Below are positions 31,081 through 39,585 of a DNA stretch of 61,293 nt, one piece after another; position 1 is the stretch's first letter, and the number at the start of each line of letters is the position of its first letter. Origin of the DNA: Acidimicrobiia bacterium (GTDB taxonomy: Bacteria; Actinomycetota; Acidimicrobiia; Spongiisociales; UBA5794); the NCBI GenBank assembly GCA_051002015.1, contig JBPCMS010000031.1, positions 1 through 61,293 on the forward strand, read 5' to 3'. A program made the translations under genes and the position numbers. Below the pieces are notes generated by a model. That model had not been told where the DNA came from, ran no database searches, and saw only the letters and a list, made by a program, of their open reading frames with translations.

Positions 31081-32400
31081 ATGCTGTTCTCTCCGCGGGC
31101 GCTCGCCGCCGCCTCGTCGCAGCTTTCCTCTGCGGACACCGCCATCCGGTTCGCCTCGGTGCCGGTGGACGTGCTGCCCCTCGATGTGGTGCGGGCGGCG
31201 GCGCCCGTGTTCGGCTCGGCCCGGTTCCTCAGCATGCCGGACGGCCCCACCATCGCCGGGCTGGGCACCGGGCGGCGGTTCACCACCAGCGGCCCCGACC
31301 GTTTCGCCGCACTCGGCCGGCACCTGGCCGGGGTCGAGCTGCACCGGGACGCAGTGGCTCTCCTCGGGTTCTCCTTCGCCCCCGACGGGCCCCGGGCCCC
31401 CGAGTGGGAGGGGTTCATATCCGCCGAGGCGGTGGTCCCCGCGGTGAGCGTCATCGCCGATCGCACCGGGACCAGGCTGGTGGTGGCGGTCCCCCCCGGA
31501 TCGCACCCCGGCGGGATCATCGCCACCCTGCGCGATCTCCCCGACCCCGGTCAGGTGCGGCTCCCCGGTCTGGGCGACCACGCGGTGCGGGCGGTCCCTT
31601 CGGGCTCCGACTGGTGCGCCGCCGTCGACGAGGCGATCGGAGCCATCCGGGACGGGGCGATGGCCAAGGTGGTGCTGGCCCGTTCGGCGGTGGTGACCAC
31701 CGAGATGACCATCGACCCCTTCGAGACGGTGCACCACCTGGTGGAGCGCAACCCGAACGCCTACGGCTTCGGGTGGCAGATCGGCGGCACCGCCTTCGTT
31801 GGGGCCAGCCCCGAGCTGCTGGTGGGACGCCGGGGCGACCGGGTGGTCTCCCATCCCCACGCCGGTTCGGCCGGTCGGGGCGAGGGCGATGAGGACGACC
31901 GGGCCGTGGGGGCGGCGCTGATGGCGAGCGCCAAGGATCGCTCCGAGCACGCCGTGGTGGTCGACGACATCGCCGCCCGTCTCGGCGATGTGACCACCGA
32001 GCTGGCCGTGCCCTCCGCTCCGTCGCTGTCCACCAACGCCACCGTGCAGCACCTGTCCACCCACATCACCGGCACCCTTCGCCCCGGGATCACCCTGTGC
32101 GACCTCATCGCCAGGCTCCATCCCACCCCCGCCGTGGGTGGGATGCCGCGTAGGGATGCGATCGGGTTCATCGACAAGCTGGAGACCATCGACCGCGGCT
32201 GGTACAGCGGAGGGGTGGGCTGGATCGACCCGGCCGGGGACGGCGAGGTCGCCATCGCCCTGCGCTGCGGCCTGCTCCACGGCACCGAGGCCCGACTCTA
32301 CGCCGGCAACGGGATCGTGGCCGATTCCAACCCCGAGACCGAGCTGGTCGAGACCCGGTGGAAGCTGCGGCCCCTGCTCGATCTGCTCACCGCAACCTGA
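31081..32400 (+). CDS. menF: isochorismate synthase
   Basis: 'KVVLAR', 'GASPELL', 'KD..EH..VV', 'LHPTPAVGG', 'RGWY.G', 'YAG.GIV.DS.P..E..ET'; lies near the men genes. Confidence 0.88.
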   Translation: MLFSPRALAAASSQLSSADTAIRFASVPVDVLPLDVVRAAAPVFGSARFLSMPDGPTIAGLGTGRRFTTSGPDRFAALGRHLAGVELHRDAVALLGFSFAPDGPRAPEWEGFISAEAVVPAVSVIADRTGTRLVVAVPPGSHPGGIIATLRDLPDPGQVRLPGLGDHAVRAVPSGSDWCAAVDEAIGAIRDGAMAKVVLARSAVVTTEMTIDPFETVHHLVERNPNAYGFGWQIGGTAFVGASPELLVGRRGDRVVSHPHAGSAGRGEGDEDDRAVGAALMASAKDRSEHAVVVDDIAARLGDVTTELAVPSAPSLSTNATVQHLSTHITGTLRPGITLCDLIARLHPTPAVGGMPRRDAIGFIDKLETIDRGWYSGGVGWIDPAGDGEVAIALRCGLLHGTEARLYAGNGIVADSNPETELVETRWKLRPLLDLLTAT

Positions 32401-32405
32401 GGCGG

Positions 32406-32885
32406 CTACGGGGCGACTCTGGGTGGCGCCGACGCGCCGAGATGGCCGATCACCTTGTGGGCAATGGTGGCGAGGACATCGACCTCCTCCGGGGTGAGCA
32501 GGTCGATGAAGTTCCGACGCACCGACCCCACATGGCCCGGAGCCGCCTCGCCGATCGTCTCCAATCCCTTCGTGGTGAGCGTGATCAGGGCGCCGCGTTT
32601 GTCACTGCCGATGGGCGCGCGGGCCACCAGCCCGCGGCGCTCCATGCGCCCGACGTGGTGCGACAGGCGGCTGCTCGACCACAGCAACCGGACGGCGAGA
32701 TCCCCGGCGCGCCAGCGGTGCCCCTCCGCCTCGGTGAGGGTGGAGAGAACGTCGTAGTCGGATTCGGAGAGCCCGGCATCCCGCGCCAGGTCGCGGGCGA
32801 GCTGCAGGTCGAGCAGGGTGCGCATGCGCCGGTAGCGGCGCCAGGCCAGCTCCTCGGTCGCAGTCAACCATCGTGGCTCGATCAT
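32406..32885 (-). CDS. MarR family transcriptional regulator
   Basis: 'GLSESDYDVL', 'SRLSHHVGRMERRGLV.R...DKRG..ITLT'. Confidence 0.92.
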   Translation of the reverse strand: MIEPRWLTATEELAWRRYRRMRTLLDLQLARDLARDAGLSESDYDVLSTLTEAEGHRWRAGDLAVRLLWSSSRLSHHVGRMERRGLVARAPIGSDKRGALITLTTKGLETIGEAAPGHVGSVRRNFIDLLTPEEVDVLATIAHKVIGHLGASAPPRVAP

Positions 32886-32908
32886 GCGTCGAGCGTAGCG
32901 CAGTTTAC

Positions 32909-32952
32909 TTGACATGTCAGGAACCTTCCGGTAGTGTTCTCTGACATGTCAG
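32909..32952 (+). promoter_or_regulatory. sigma70-type promoter with two TGACATGTCA palindromic operators
   Basis: TTGACA-N17-TAGTGT; TGACATGTCA at 32910-32919 and CTGACATGTCAG at 32941-32952. Confidence 0.75.
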
Positions 32953-33044
32953 CTAGATCCGCGGGGAATAGAGGCCGGTCGATGACGAGCGGTGCGGGCT
33001 GCATGCCGGCATCCACTGGGTGGCTTCCACGCCGCGGTCTGGCG

Positions 33045-33653
33045 ATGCGGCTGACCCGGCTCTACGCAGGGCTGGTCGGCTTCGGGGCCAGCCTGGCGCT
33101 GATGATCGAGGCTGGACTGGGGCTCGGACCATGGGATGTGCTCCACCAGGGGGTTGCCAGGACAACCGGTGTGCCGATCGGCTGGGTGGTAATCGCGGTG
33201 GGTGCGGTCGTCCTGGTGGCATGGATCCCGCTGCGGCAGCGGCCGGGGTTCGGGACCGTGAGCAACGTGATCGTGGTGGGGCTGGTGGTCGACGTCGCCC
33301 TCGCCCTGCTGCCCAGCCCGGGTGCGCTCCCGGTGCGGATCGCCTTCCTGGCGGTGGGTATCGTCGCCAACGGGGTGGCTACCGGCCTCTACATCGGGGC
33401 CGGGCTCGGGCCCGGTCCCCGCGACGGGCTGATGACCGGGCTGGCCGCCTGGGGACTGTCGCTGCGGGCCGCCCGCACTCTCATCGAGCTTTCGGCACTC
33501 GGTTTCGGGTGGGTGCTCGGAGGCACGGTCGGAGCGGGCACCGTCCTCTACGCGGTGGCGATAGGACCGCTCGCCCAGGTGTTCATTCCCATGCTCGCCA
33601 TGGAGCCGGCTGGGGAACCATGCCGGCATCGGAGGGGAGTTGGTGGCGGATGA
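33045..33653 (+). CDS. YczE/YyaS family membrane protein
   Basis: 'GLGLGPWDVLHQG', 'PG.GT..N', 'GPGPRDGLMTG', 'LGGTVG.GT'. The start may be upstream at 32982. Confidence 0.88.
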   Translation: MRLTRLYAGLVGFGASLALMIEAGLGLGPWDVLHQGVARTTGVPIGWVVIAVGAVVLVAWIPLRQRPGFGTVSNVIVVGLVVDVALALLPSPGALPVRIAFLAVGIVANGVATGLYIGAGLGPGPRDGLMTGLAAWGLSLRAARTLIELSALGFGWVLGGTVGAGTVLYAVAIGPLAQVFIPMLAMEPAGEPCRHRRGVGGG

Positions 33654-34528
33654 GCGAGCTGCTGATCGGAGTCGACCTGTCGGCATCGGCGGTCCCCGGC
33701 GCCAACCCGGTGGAGGCGGCGTGCGAGGCGGAGCGGCTGGGGTACGACTTTGTCTCCGCCTCCGACCATCCCGCCGGTCCCCGCCCCACCTACGAAGCCT
33801 GGACGCTGCTCACGTGGATCGCCGCCGCCACCAGGCGCATCCGGCTTGCCTCCCGGGTACTCGCCGTGCCGCTGCGCAGTCCGGCGATGGTGGCCAAGAT
33901 GGCCGAGTCCCTCGACCGGCTAGCCGGGGGTCGGCTCATCCTCGGTCTCGGCGGCGGCTACTCGGACGACGAGCTCGCCGCCTTCGGGGCGGGCAGGCCG
34001 ACGCCCGGGGAGAAGGTCGATGGGCTCGAGGAGGCGGTCCGGATCATCCGGGCGCTGTGGACCCAGCCCGATGTCAACTTTGGCGGGCGGCGGTATCGCG
34101 TGGAGCACGCCGAGCTGGCCCCGCGGCCGGGACGGCCGATCCCGATCTGGCTGGGCACCTACGGCGACCGCGCCCTCGCCGTCACCGGGAGGCTCGCCGA
34201 CGGCTGGATCCCGTCGCTCTCCTTCGCCCCTCCGGAGCAGGTCGCCGTGATGCATCGCCGCCTGCTCGACGCCGCCGGCGCCGCCGGACGCGATCCCGGT
34301 ACGATCACCTGCGTGTACAACGTCGAGGTCCGGCTCGACCGCCGCCCGGCCGAGGCGCCGCCCCATGTCGTCGCCGGCCCGCCGGAAGCGGTGGTCGAGC
34401 GGCTCGCCGGCTTTCTCGGCCTGGGCTTCACCGCCTTCAACATCCTGCCCACAGGGCGGGACCGATCGATGCAGGTGGAGCGGATCGGTCGCGAGGTGCT
34501 CCCGGAGCTCCGTCGAGCCGCCGGGTGA
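33650..34528 (+). CDS. LLM class flavin-dependent oxidoreductase
   Basis: 'SDH', 'EAWTLL..IAAAT.RIRL', 'AKMAESLD...GR..LGLG', 'PIPIW', 'ADGW'. Confidence 0.9.
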   Translation: MSELLIGVDLSASAVPGANPVEAACEAERLGYDFVSASDHPAGPRPTYEAWTLLTWIAAATRRIRLASRVLAVPLRSPAMVAKMAESLDRLAGGRLILGLGGGYSDDELAAFGAGRPTPGEKVDGLEEAVRIIRALWTQPDVNFGGRRYRVEHAELAPRPGRPIPIWLGTYGDRALAVTGRLADGWIPSLSFAPPEQVAVMHRRLLDAAGAAGRDPGTITCVYNVEVRLDRRPAEAPPHVVAGPPEAVVERLAGFLGLGFTAFNILPTGRDRSMQVERIGREVLPELRRAAG

Positions 34529-34572
34529 GGTTGGTCCAGGATGGCGTCCGGGGTCCTCCCGGGTGGAGTCCC

Positions 34573-36279
34573 CTAACCGCCGAGTGCCTCGGTGATCCTC
34601 TGGCGGAGACGGGCGTGGAGGGCGACGTTCTCGGTGCGAACGGTCCGTAGTTCGACCAGTACGGGCCCGGTGCCTGCGGCGACCAGGGCGGCGAGCGCCG
34701 CCGCGGTGTCGGCCTGCTCGACCTTCATCCCCAGGGCGGCGGCCACCGCGGCGAAGCCGGTGCCGTGTGGGGTACCCAGGTGGCGCTCGAACACCTCAGG
34801 ATCGAACCGGGTCGCATCGGCCTGCGGAAGGAACGAGAAGATGCCGCCGCCGTCGTTGTTCACCACCACCACCGTGACCGGTAGGTCGAGCCTGACCGCG
34901 GCGGCAAGGGCGTTGAGGTCGTGGAGGGCGGCGACGTCGCCCACCAGTGCAGTGGTTGGGCGCCCCGTGGCAGCGGCACCCAGCGCCGAGGAGATCACCC
35001 CGTCGATCCCGTTGGCTCCCCGGTTGGCCAGTATCGGCACCGGCTCGCCACCGGCGCCCATGAAGGCGTCGATGTCGCGGATCGGCATCGAGCTGGAAAC
35101 ATACAGCAGGCCGCCTCCCGGAACCGAGGCGGCCACGGTGCGGGCGATGGCGGGCTCGCTGGGGAACGGCTCGGCGGCGAGCGCCTCGTCCAGCGCCGCC
35201 TGGGCGGCGGCGTCTGCGTCGTTCCATGCCGCCCCCCAGACCTCGGGGGCGGGGTCGGCGGCACCGGCGACGGCGGTGGCAACCGCATCGGGGTCGGCCC
35301 GCACCACCAGCGAGGCGCTGGCGGTGGCGTCCCGCCACCCGGCAGGGTCGACCAGCACCTGGGGAAGGTGGCGCTGGTCGGCGAACCACGTGGTGATCGC
35401 CTTCGAGGTGGGGGCGGAGCCGAAGCGAAGCACCGCCTCGGGGGCGAGCCGTTCGAGCAAACCAACGGTGGCGAGCAGATCGCCCGAGGCGAGCACCGTT
35501 CCCCGATGGCCGCCCCGCAGCCCCGACTGGGGGTCGGCGAGCACCGGGATGCCGAGGACCATCGCCATCGAGCACACCGCCCGCGCCCCCGCCTCGGGCA
35601 GCGCCCCCACCACGGCGATGGTGCGGCGACCCCCGATGAGGGCGCAGATCTCGGCGACGGTTGCGGCGGCCGGCGCCATCGTTCCCGCCGCCACCTTCGG
35701 CGTGGCTCCAGGCCCCTCCCGTTCGGCGGTTGGCTCATTGGCGGGGGCCACCAGGGCGTCGTCGAAGGGGAGGTTGAGGTGGACCGGGCCCGGGGGTACC
35801 CCCGTGGCCTCGGCCCAGGCGTGGGCGGCGAGGTCGGGTGCGGTGGCGGCGGCCGAGGCGTCTGCGGTCGATCCCTGGTGGAACCAGCGCACCGCCGCAC
35901 CAAACAGCTTCACCTGGTCGATGGTCTGCGGAGCGCCGACGTCGCGCAGCCGACCGGGGCGGTCGGCGGTGAGCACCAGCAGCGGCACCCTGGCCAGGTC
36001 GGCCTCGACCACGGCCGGGTGGTACTCGGCGGCGGCGGTGCCGGAGGTGCACACCAGGGCGACCGGTTTTCCCTCGGTCTTGGCCATGCCGAGGGCGAAG
36101 AACCCGGCGCTGCGCTCGTCGAGGATGCTCCAGTCCTCGATCCGACCCTGGGCGGCGAACGCCGAGGTGAGCGGGGTGTTGCGCGACCCGGGTGAGATGA
36201 CGGCGGCGGTGAGCCCGAGGTCGGCCAATGCCGCCGCCAGGGCGGTGGCGAAGGCGGTGGCGGCGCTGGCGGGATGCAC
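34573..36279 (-). CDS. menD: SEPHCHC synthase
   Basis: 'SPGSRNTPL', 'DERSAGFFALG', 'CTSGTAAA', 'SSMPIRD', 'NRGANGIDG', 'NNDGGGIF'. Confidence 0.96.
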   Translation of the reverse strand: MHPASAATAFATALAAALADLGLTAAVISPGSRNTPLTSAFAAQGRIEDWSILDERSAGFFALGMAKTEGKPVALVCTSGTAAAEYHPAVVEADLARVPLLVLTADRPGRLRDVGAPQTIDQVKLFGAAVRWFHQGSTADASAAATAPDLAAHAWAEATGVPPGPVHLNLPFDDALVAPANEPTAEREGPGATPKVAAGTMAPAAATVAEICALIGGRRTIAVVGALPEAGARAVCSMAMVLGIPVLADPQSGLRGGHRGTVLASGDLLATVGLLERLAPEAVLRFGSAPTSKAITTWFADQRHLPQVLVDPAGWRDATASASLVVRADPDAVATAVAGAADPAPEVWGAAWNDADAAAQAALDEALAAEPFPSEPAIARTVAASVPGGGLLYVSSSMPIRDIDAFMGAGGEPVPILANRGANGIDGVISSALGAAATGRPTTALVGDVAALHDLNALAAAVRLDLPVTVVVVNNDGGGIFSFLPQADATRFDPEVFERHLGTPHGTGFAAVAAALGMKVEQADTAAALAALVAAGTGPVLVELRTVRTENVALHARLRQRITEALGG

Positions 36280-36302
36280 GACGGGAGGCTACCGGCAGGC
36301 GG

Positions 36303-37184
36303 TCAGACCAGGGCGCCCACCGCCAGTAGCACCGCGGTGAGCGCCATCAGGCGGGTGGTGCCCACCAGCGCCGGGATCAGGGCGGGGCCGGTGGCCCCCG
36401 AGGCGACGGTGCGGACGATGGGGACGGCGACGGGGACGGCGAGCAGCGCCAACGCCGACCACGGCGGCAGCCAACCGGCGGCGGCGCCGACGGCGACGGT
36501 GGCGAAGGCGATGGCGACCACCGTCAGGTAGAGCCGGCGGGTGGCCGGCGCCCCCAGCCGCACCGCCAGGGTGCGCTTGCCGGTCGCCCGGTCGGTGGGG
36601 ATGTCCCGCAGGTTGTTGGCGACCAGGATGGCGGCGGCGAGCAGTCCCATCACCACGGAGGCCACCCAGGCGTCGAGCGGTGCGGTGCGGTCGAAGGCGT
36701 AGCGGCCACCCACCGTCGCCACCGGCCCGAAGAACACGAACACGGACAACTCGCCCAGCCCCATCGAGGCGTACGGTCTGGGGCCTCCGCTGTAGCCGAG
36801 GGCGGCGACGACGGCGACGGCGCCGACGGCGATCATCTCGGGGCCGGTCCGCCAGGCGACGTACAGCCCGCACAGGGCGGCGAGGCCGACGACAACGGCG
36901 ATCGCCACCCGCATCGGCGCCGGGGCGATCATCCCCGAGGCCACCGCCCGCCTAGGCCCGGTGCGGTGCTCGGTATCGACCCCTCGCACCGCGTCCTCCA
37001 GGTCGTTGGCGTAGTTGACCGCGATCTGCAGCAGCAGCGCCACCGCTGACACAACCAGGAAGATGTCCCCGCGGAAGACGTCAGCGCGTTCGGCGAGGGC
37101 GGCGGCCACCACCACCGGCGCCACCGACGCCCACAGCGTCTGCGGCCGGGTGGCGAGCAGCCACGGTTGGAGCCTGCCCGCCAC
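36303..37184 (-). CDS. menA: 1,4-dihydroxy-2-naphthoate polyprenyltransferase
   Basis: 'RPQTL', 'NYAND..D..RG.D', 'GLGE..VF.FFG', 'NNLRDIPTD...GKRTLAV'. Confidence 0.95.
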   Translation of the reverse strand: MAGRLQPWLLATRPQTLWASVAPVVVAAALAERADVFRGDIFLVVSAVALLLQIAVNYANDLEDAVRGVDTEHRTGPRRAVASGMIAPAPMRVAIAVVVGLAALCGLYVAWRTGPEMIAVGAVAVVAALGYSGGPRPYASMGLGELSVFVFFGPVATVGGRYAFDRTAPLDAWVASVVMGLLAAAILVANNLRDIPTDRATGKRTLAVRLGAPATRRLYLTVVAIAFATVAVGAAAGWLPPWSALALLAVPVAVPIVRTVASGATGPALIPALVGTTRLMALTAVLLAVGALV

Positions 37185-38081
37185 TCAGTAGTGCCAGGGG
37201 AACGGGCTGTAGTCCTGGCGGCGCTTCTCCAGGAAGGCGTTGCGACCCTCCGCCGCCTCCTCGGTGCCGTAGGCGAGCCGGGTGGCCTCCCCGGCGAAGA
37301 GCTGCTGGCCGACCAGGCCGTCGTCGGGGAGGTTGAAGGCGTACTTGAGCATGCGCTGGGCGGTGGGGCTCTTGGCCAAGATCTCGCCCGCCCATTGCAG
37401 CGCCACCTGCTCCAGCTCGGCATGAGGAATCACGGCGTTGACCGCCCCCATCGCCATCATCTCGTCGGCCGAGTAGGTGCGGCCCAGGAAGAAGATCTCC
37501 CTGGCCCGCTTCTGGCCGACCTGGCGGGCGAGCAGCGCCGATCCGTACCCGCCGTCGAAGCTGGCGACGTCGGCGTCGGTCTGCTTGAACCGGGCGTGCT
37601 CGGCGCTGGCCAGGGTCAGATCGCACACCACATGGAGGCTGTGCCCTCCCCCCACCGCCCACCCGGGGACCACGGCGATCACCACCTTGGGCATGAAGCG
37701 GATCAGCCTCTGCACCTCGAGGATGTGGAGGCGTCCCAGCCGCCCGGGATGGACATCGCCATCGTCGTCGTCCTGGTACCGGTAGCCGTCGGCGCCCCTG
37801 ATCCGCTGGTCGCCGCCCGAGCAGAATGCCCGCCCGCCGTCCTTGGGCGAGGGACCGTTGCCGGTGAGCAGCACGCACCCCACGTCCGACGTCATCCTGG
37901 CGTGGTCGAGGGCGGCGTGGAGTTCGTCGACGGAGCCGGGACGGAAGGCGTTGCGCACCTCGGGGCGATCGAAGGCGATGCGGACGGCACCCACCGACCG
38001 GGCTCGGTGGTAGGTGATGTCCTGGAAGTCGAAACCCGCCACCGGGTCCCATGCCGCTGGGTCGAAGAGCTCGGAGACCAT
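37185..38081 (-). CDS. menB: 1,4-dihydroxy-2-naphthoyl-CoA synthase
   Basis: 'RPEVRNAFRP', 'FCSGGDQRIRG', 'GGGHSLHVVCDL', 'SFDGGYGS'. Confidence 0.96.
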   Translation of the reverse strand: MVSELFDPAAWDPVAGFDFQDITYHRARSVGAVRIAFDRPEVRNAFRPGSVDELHAALDHARMTSDVGCVLLTGNGPSPKDGGRAFCSGGDQRIRGADGYRYQDDDDGDVHPGRLGRLHILEVQRLIRFMPKVVIAVVPGWAVGGGHSLHVVCDLTLASAEHARFKQTDADVASFDGGYGSALLARQVGQKRAREIFFLGRTYSADEMMAMGAVNAVIPHAELEQVALQWAGEILAKSPTAQRMLKYAFNLPDDGLVGQQLFAGEATRLAYGTEEAAEGRNAFLEKRRQDYSPFPWHY

Positions 38082-38105
38082 CGGATCGATACTGTAGTGA
38101 GCGCC

Positions 38106-39455
38106 ATGACCGTGCCCCCGAGCGCCGCCGACTGGGTCGCCGCAGCCGCATCCCGCAACCCGCAGGCCCCGGCGATGATCTTCGGGCCCGGGCTCGCCGT
38201 CGATTACGCAACCCTGGACCAGCGGATCGAGGCCGAGATCGCCACCGCCGAGCCGCCGCTGGAGCGGGGCACCCGCTGGGGGATCGTCCCCACCGCCGAC
38301 CTGGACGGGATTGCACGGCTGTGGGCGTGCTGGCGAGCCGGGGCGGTCCCCATAGTGCTCCCCGGGCGGTGGAGCGCCGCCCTTCGCACCGCCGTCCCCG
38401 GTTGGGAGATGGTCGACCGCCACGCCGCGGACGACGGCGACCACACCTGGGTCCCCACCTCGGGCACGACCGGGGAGCCCAAGCCGGTCAGGCTCACCGT
38501 GGCCAACGTGTCCGCCGCCGTTGCCGCCTCGGAGCGCAGGCTGGGCAACGACGCCGGAGACCGCTGGCTGCTCACCCTGCCGCTTCACCATGTCGGCGGG
38601 CTGTCGGTGCTGTGGCGGAGCGCGGCGGCGGGTGGGGCGGTGATGCTCCAAACACCGTTCGACGCCGAGGCGACGGCGGCGATGCTCGACGCCGGCGAGG
38701 TCACCGTGGCCAGCCTGGTACCCACCATGCTCACCAGGGTGCTCGACATCCACCCCGGGCCCTACCGCCGGGTACGGGCGGTGCTGGTGGGTGGGGCCCC
38801 CGCCTCACCGGAGCTGTTGGAGCGGGCGCTCGACGCCGGGCTGCCGGTGCTGGCCACCTACGGGTCGACCGAGACCTGCTCGCAGATCGCCACCGTCGCT
38901 CCCGGCGAGCAGGGCGAGGCGATGGGGACCGTGGGGCGGCCGCTCGACGGACTCACCGTCGCCATCGACGCCCTGCCCGGCGAAACCGGCGAGATCCTGG
39001 TGTCCGGCGACGCCGTCTCGCCGGGGTACGGGATGGAGAATCCCCGGACCGGCCCCCTCCACACCGGGGACCTGGGCCGGTTCGATGCCGCCGGGAGGCT
39101 GGTGGTGGTGGGTCGGGCGGGCACCGTCATCCGCACCGGGGGGGAGGACGTGGTCCCCGAACGGGTGGAGGAGATGCTGGTGGACGGGCGATCGGTGGTG
39201 GCGGCGGTCGTGGTGGGGATCCCCGACGCGGAGTGGGGCGAGGTGGTGACGGCGGTGGTGGTCCCCGGCGACGGGCACGACCGCGCCGCCGACGAGGCCC
39301 GGCTGCGTCTGGCGCTGGCCCCCCACGAGATTCCTCGGCGCTGGGTGGTGGTCGATGCCCTGCCGCTTCTGGAGAACGGCAAGATCGACCGCGCCGCCGT
39401 TGGTGCCGGGCTGGCGAAGACCTCGCTTCTTAGGATCGAAACGCATCGCAGATGA
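38106..39455 (+). CDS. menE: o-succinylbenzoate--CoA ligase
   Basis: 'TSGTTGEPK', 'LPLHHVGG', 'SLVPTML', 'TYGSTET.SQ', 'TGDLG', 'GKIDR'; divergent from menB. Confidence 0.88.
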   Translation: MTVPPSAADWVAAAASRNPQAPAMIFGPGLAVDYATLDQRIEAEIATAEPPLERGTRWGIVPTADLDGIARLWACWRAGAVPIVLPGRWSAALRTAVPGWEMVDRHAADDGDHTWVPTSGTTGEPKPVRLTVANVSAAVAASERRLGNDAGDRWLLTLPLHHVGGLSVLWRSAAAGGAVMLQTPFDAEATAAMLDAGEVTVASLVPTMLTRVLDIHPGPYRRVRAVLVGGAPASPELLERALDAGLPVLATYGSTETCSQIATVAPGEQGEAMGTVGRPLDGLTVAIDALPGETGEILVSGDAVSPGYGMENPRTGPLHTGDLGRFDAAGRLVVVGRAGTVIRTGGEDVVPERVEEMLVDGRSVVAAVVVGIPDAEWGEVVTAVVVPGDGHDRAADEARLRLALAPHEIPRRWVVVDALPLLENGKIDRAAVGAGLAKTSLLRIETHRR

Positions 39456-39475
39456 CGCGATCGGGTCCTAAGAAA
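39426..39475. repeat. 50-bp palindromic REP-like repeat, copy 3 (inverted vs copy 1; contains the menE stop)
   Basis: CTTCTTAGGATCGAAACGCATCGCAGATGACGCGATCGGGTCCTAAGAAA closely matches the reverse complement of copy 1. Confidence 0.9.
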
Positions 39476-39498
39476 GCTCGAGGTGACCGAGAACCCCC

Positions 39499-39547
39499 TT
39501 TCTTAGAAGCAAAACGCGTCGCAGGTGACGCGATCGGGTCTAAGAAA
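39499..39547. repeat. REP-like repeat, copy 4 (more degenerate, 49 bp)
   Basis: TTTCTTAGAAGCAAAACGCGTCGCAGGTGACGCGATCGGGTCTAAGAAA, 23 bp after copy 3. Confidence 0.85.
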
Positions 39548-39585
39548 GTTGGGTTGGATCGCCTCCTCGTTTCACGGCTTGGGCG

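Noticed and set aside
39426-39547. Repeat-spacer-repeat as a mini CRISPR array
   Set aside because: Only two imperfect 50-bp units with a 23-bp gap, the same unit is dispersed elsewhere, and there are no cas genes.
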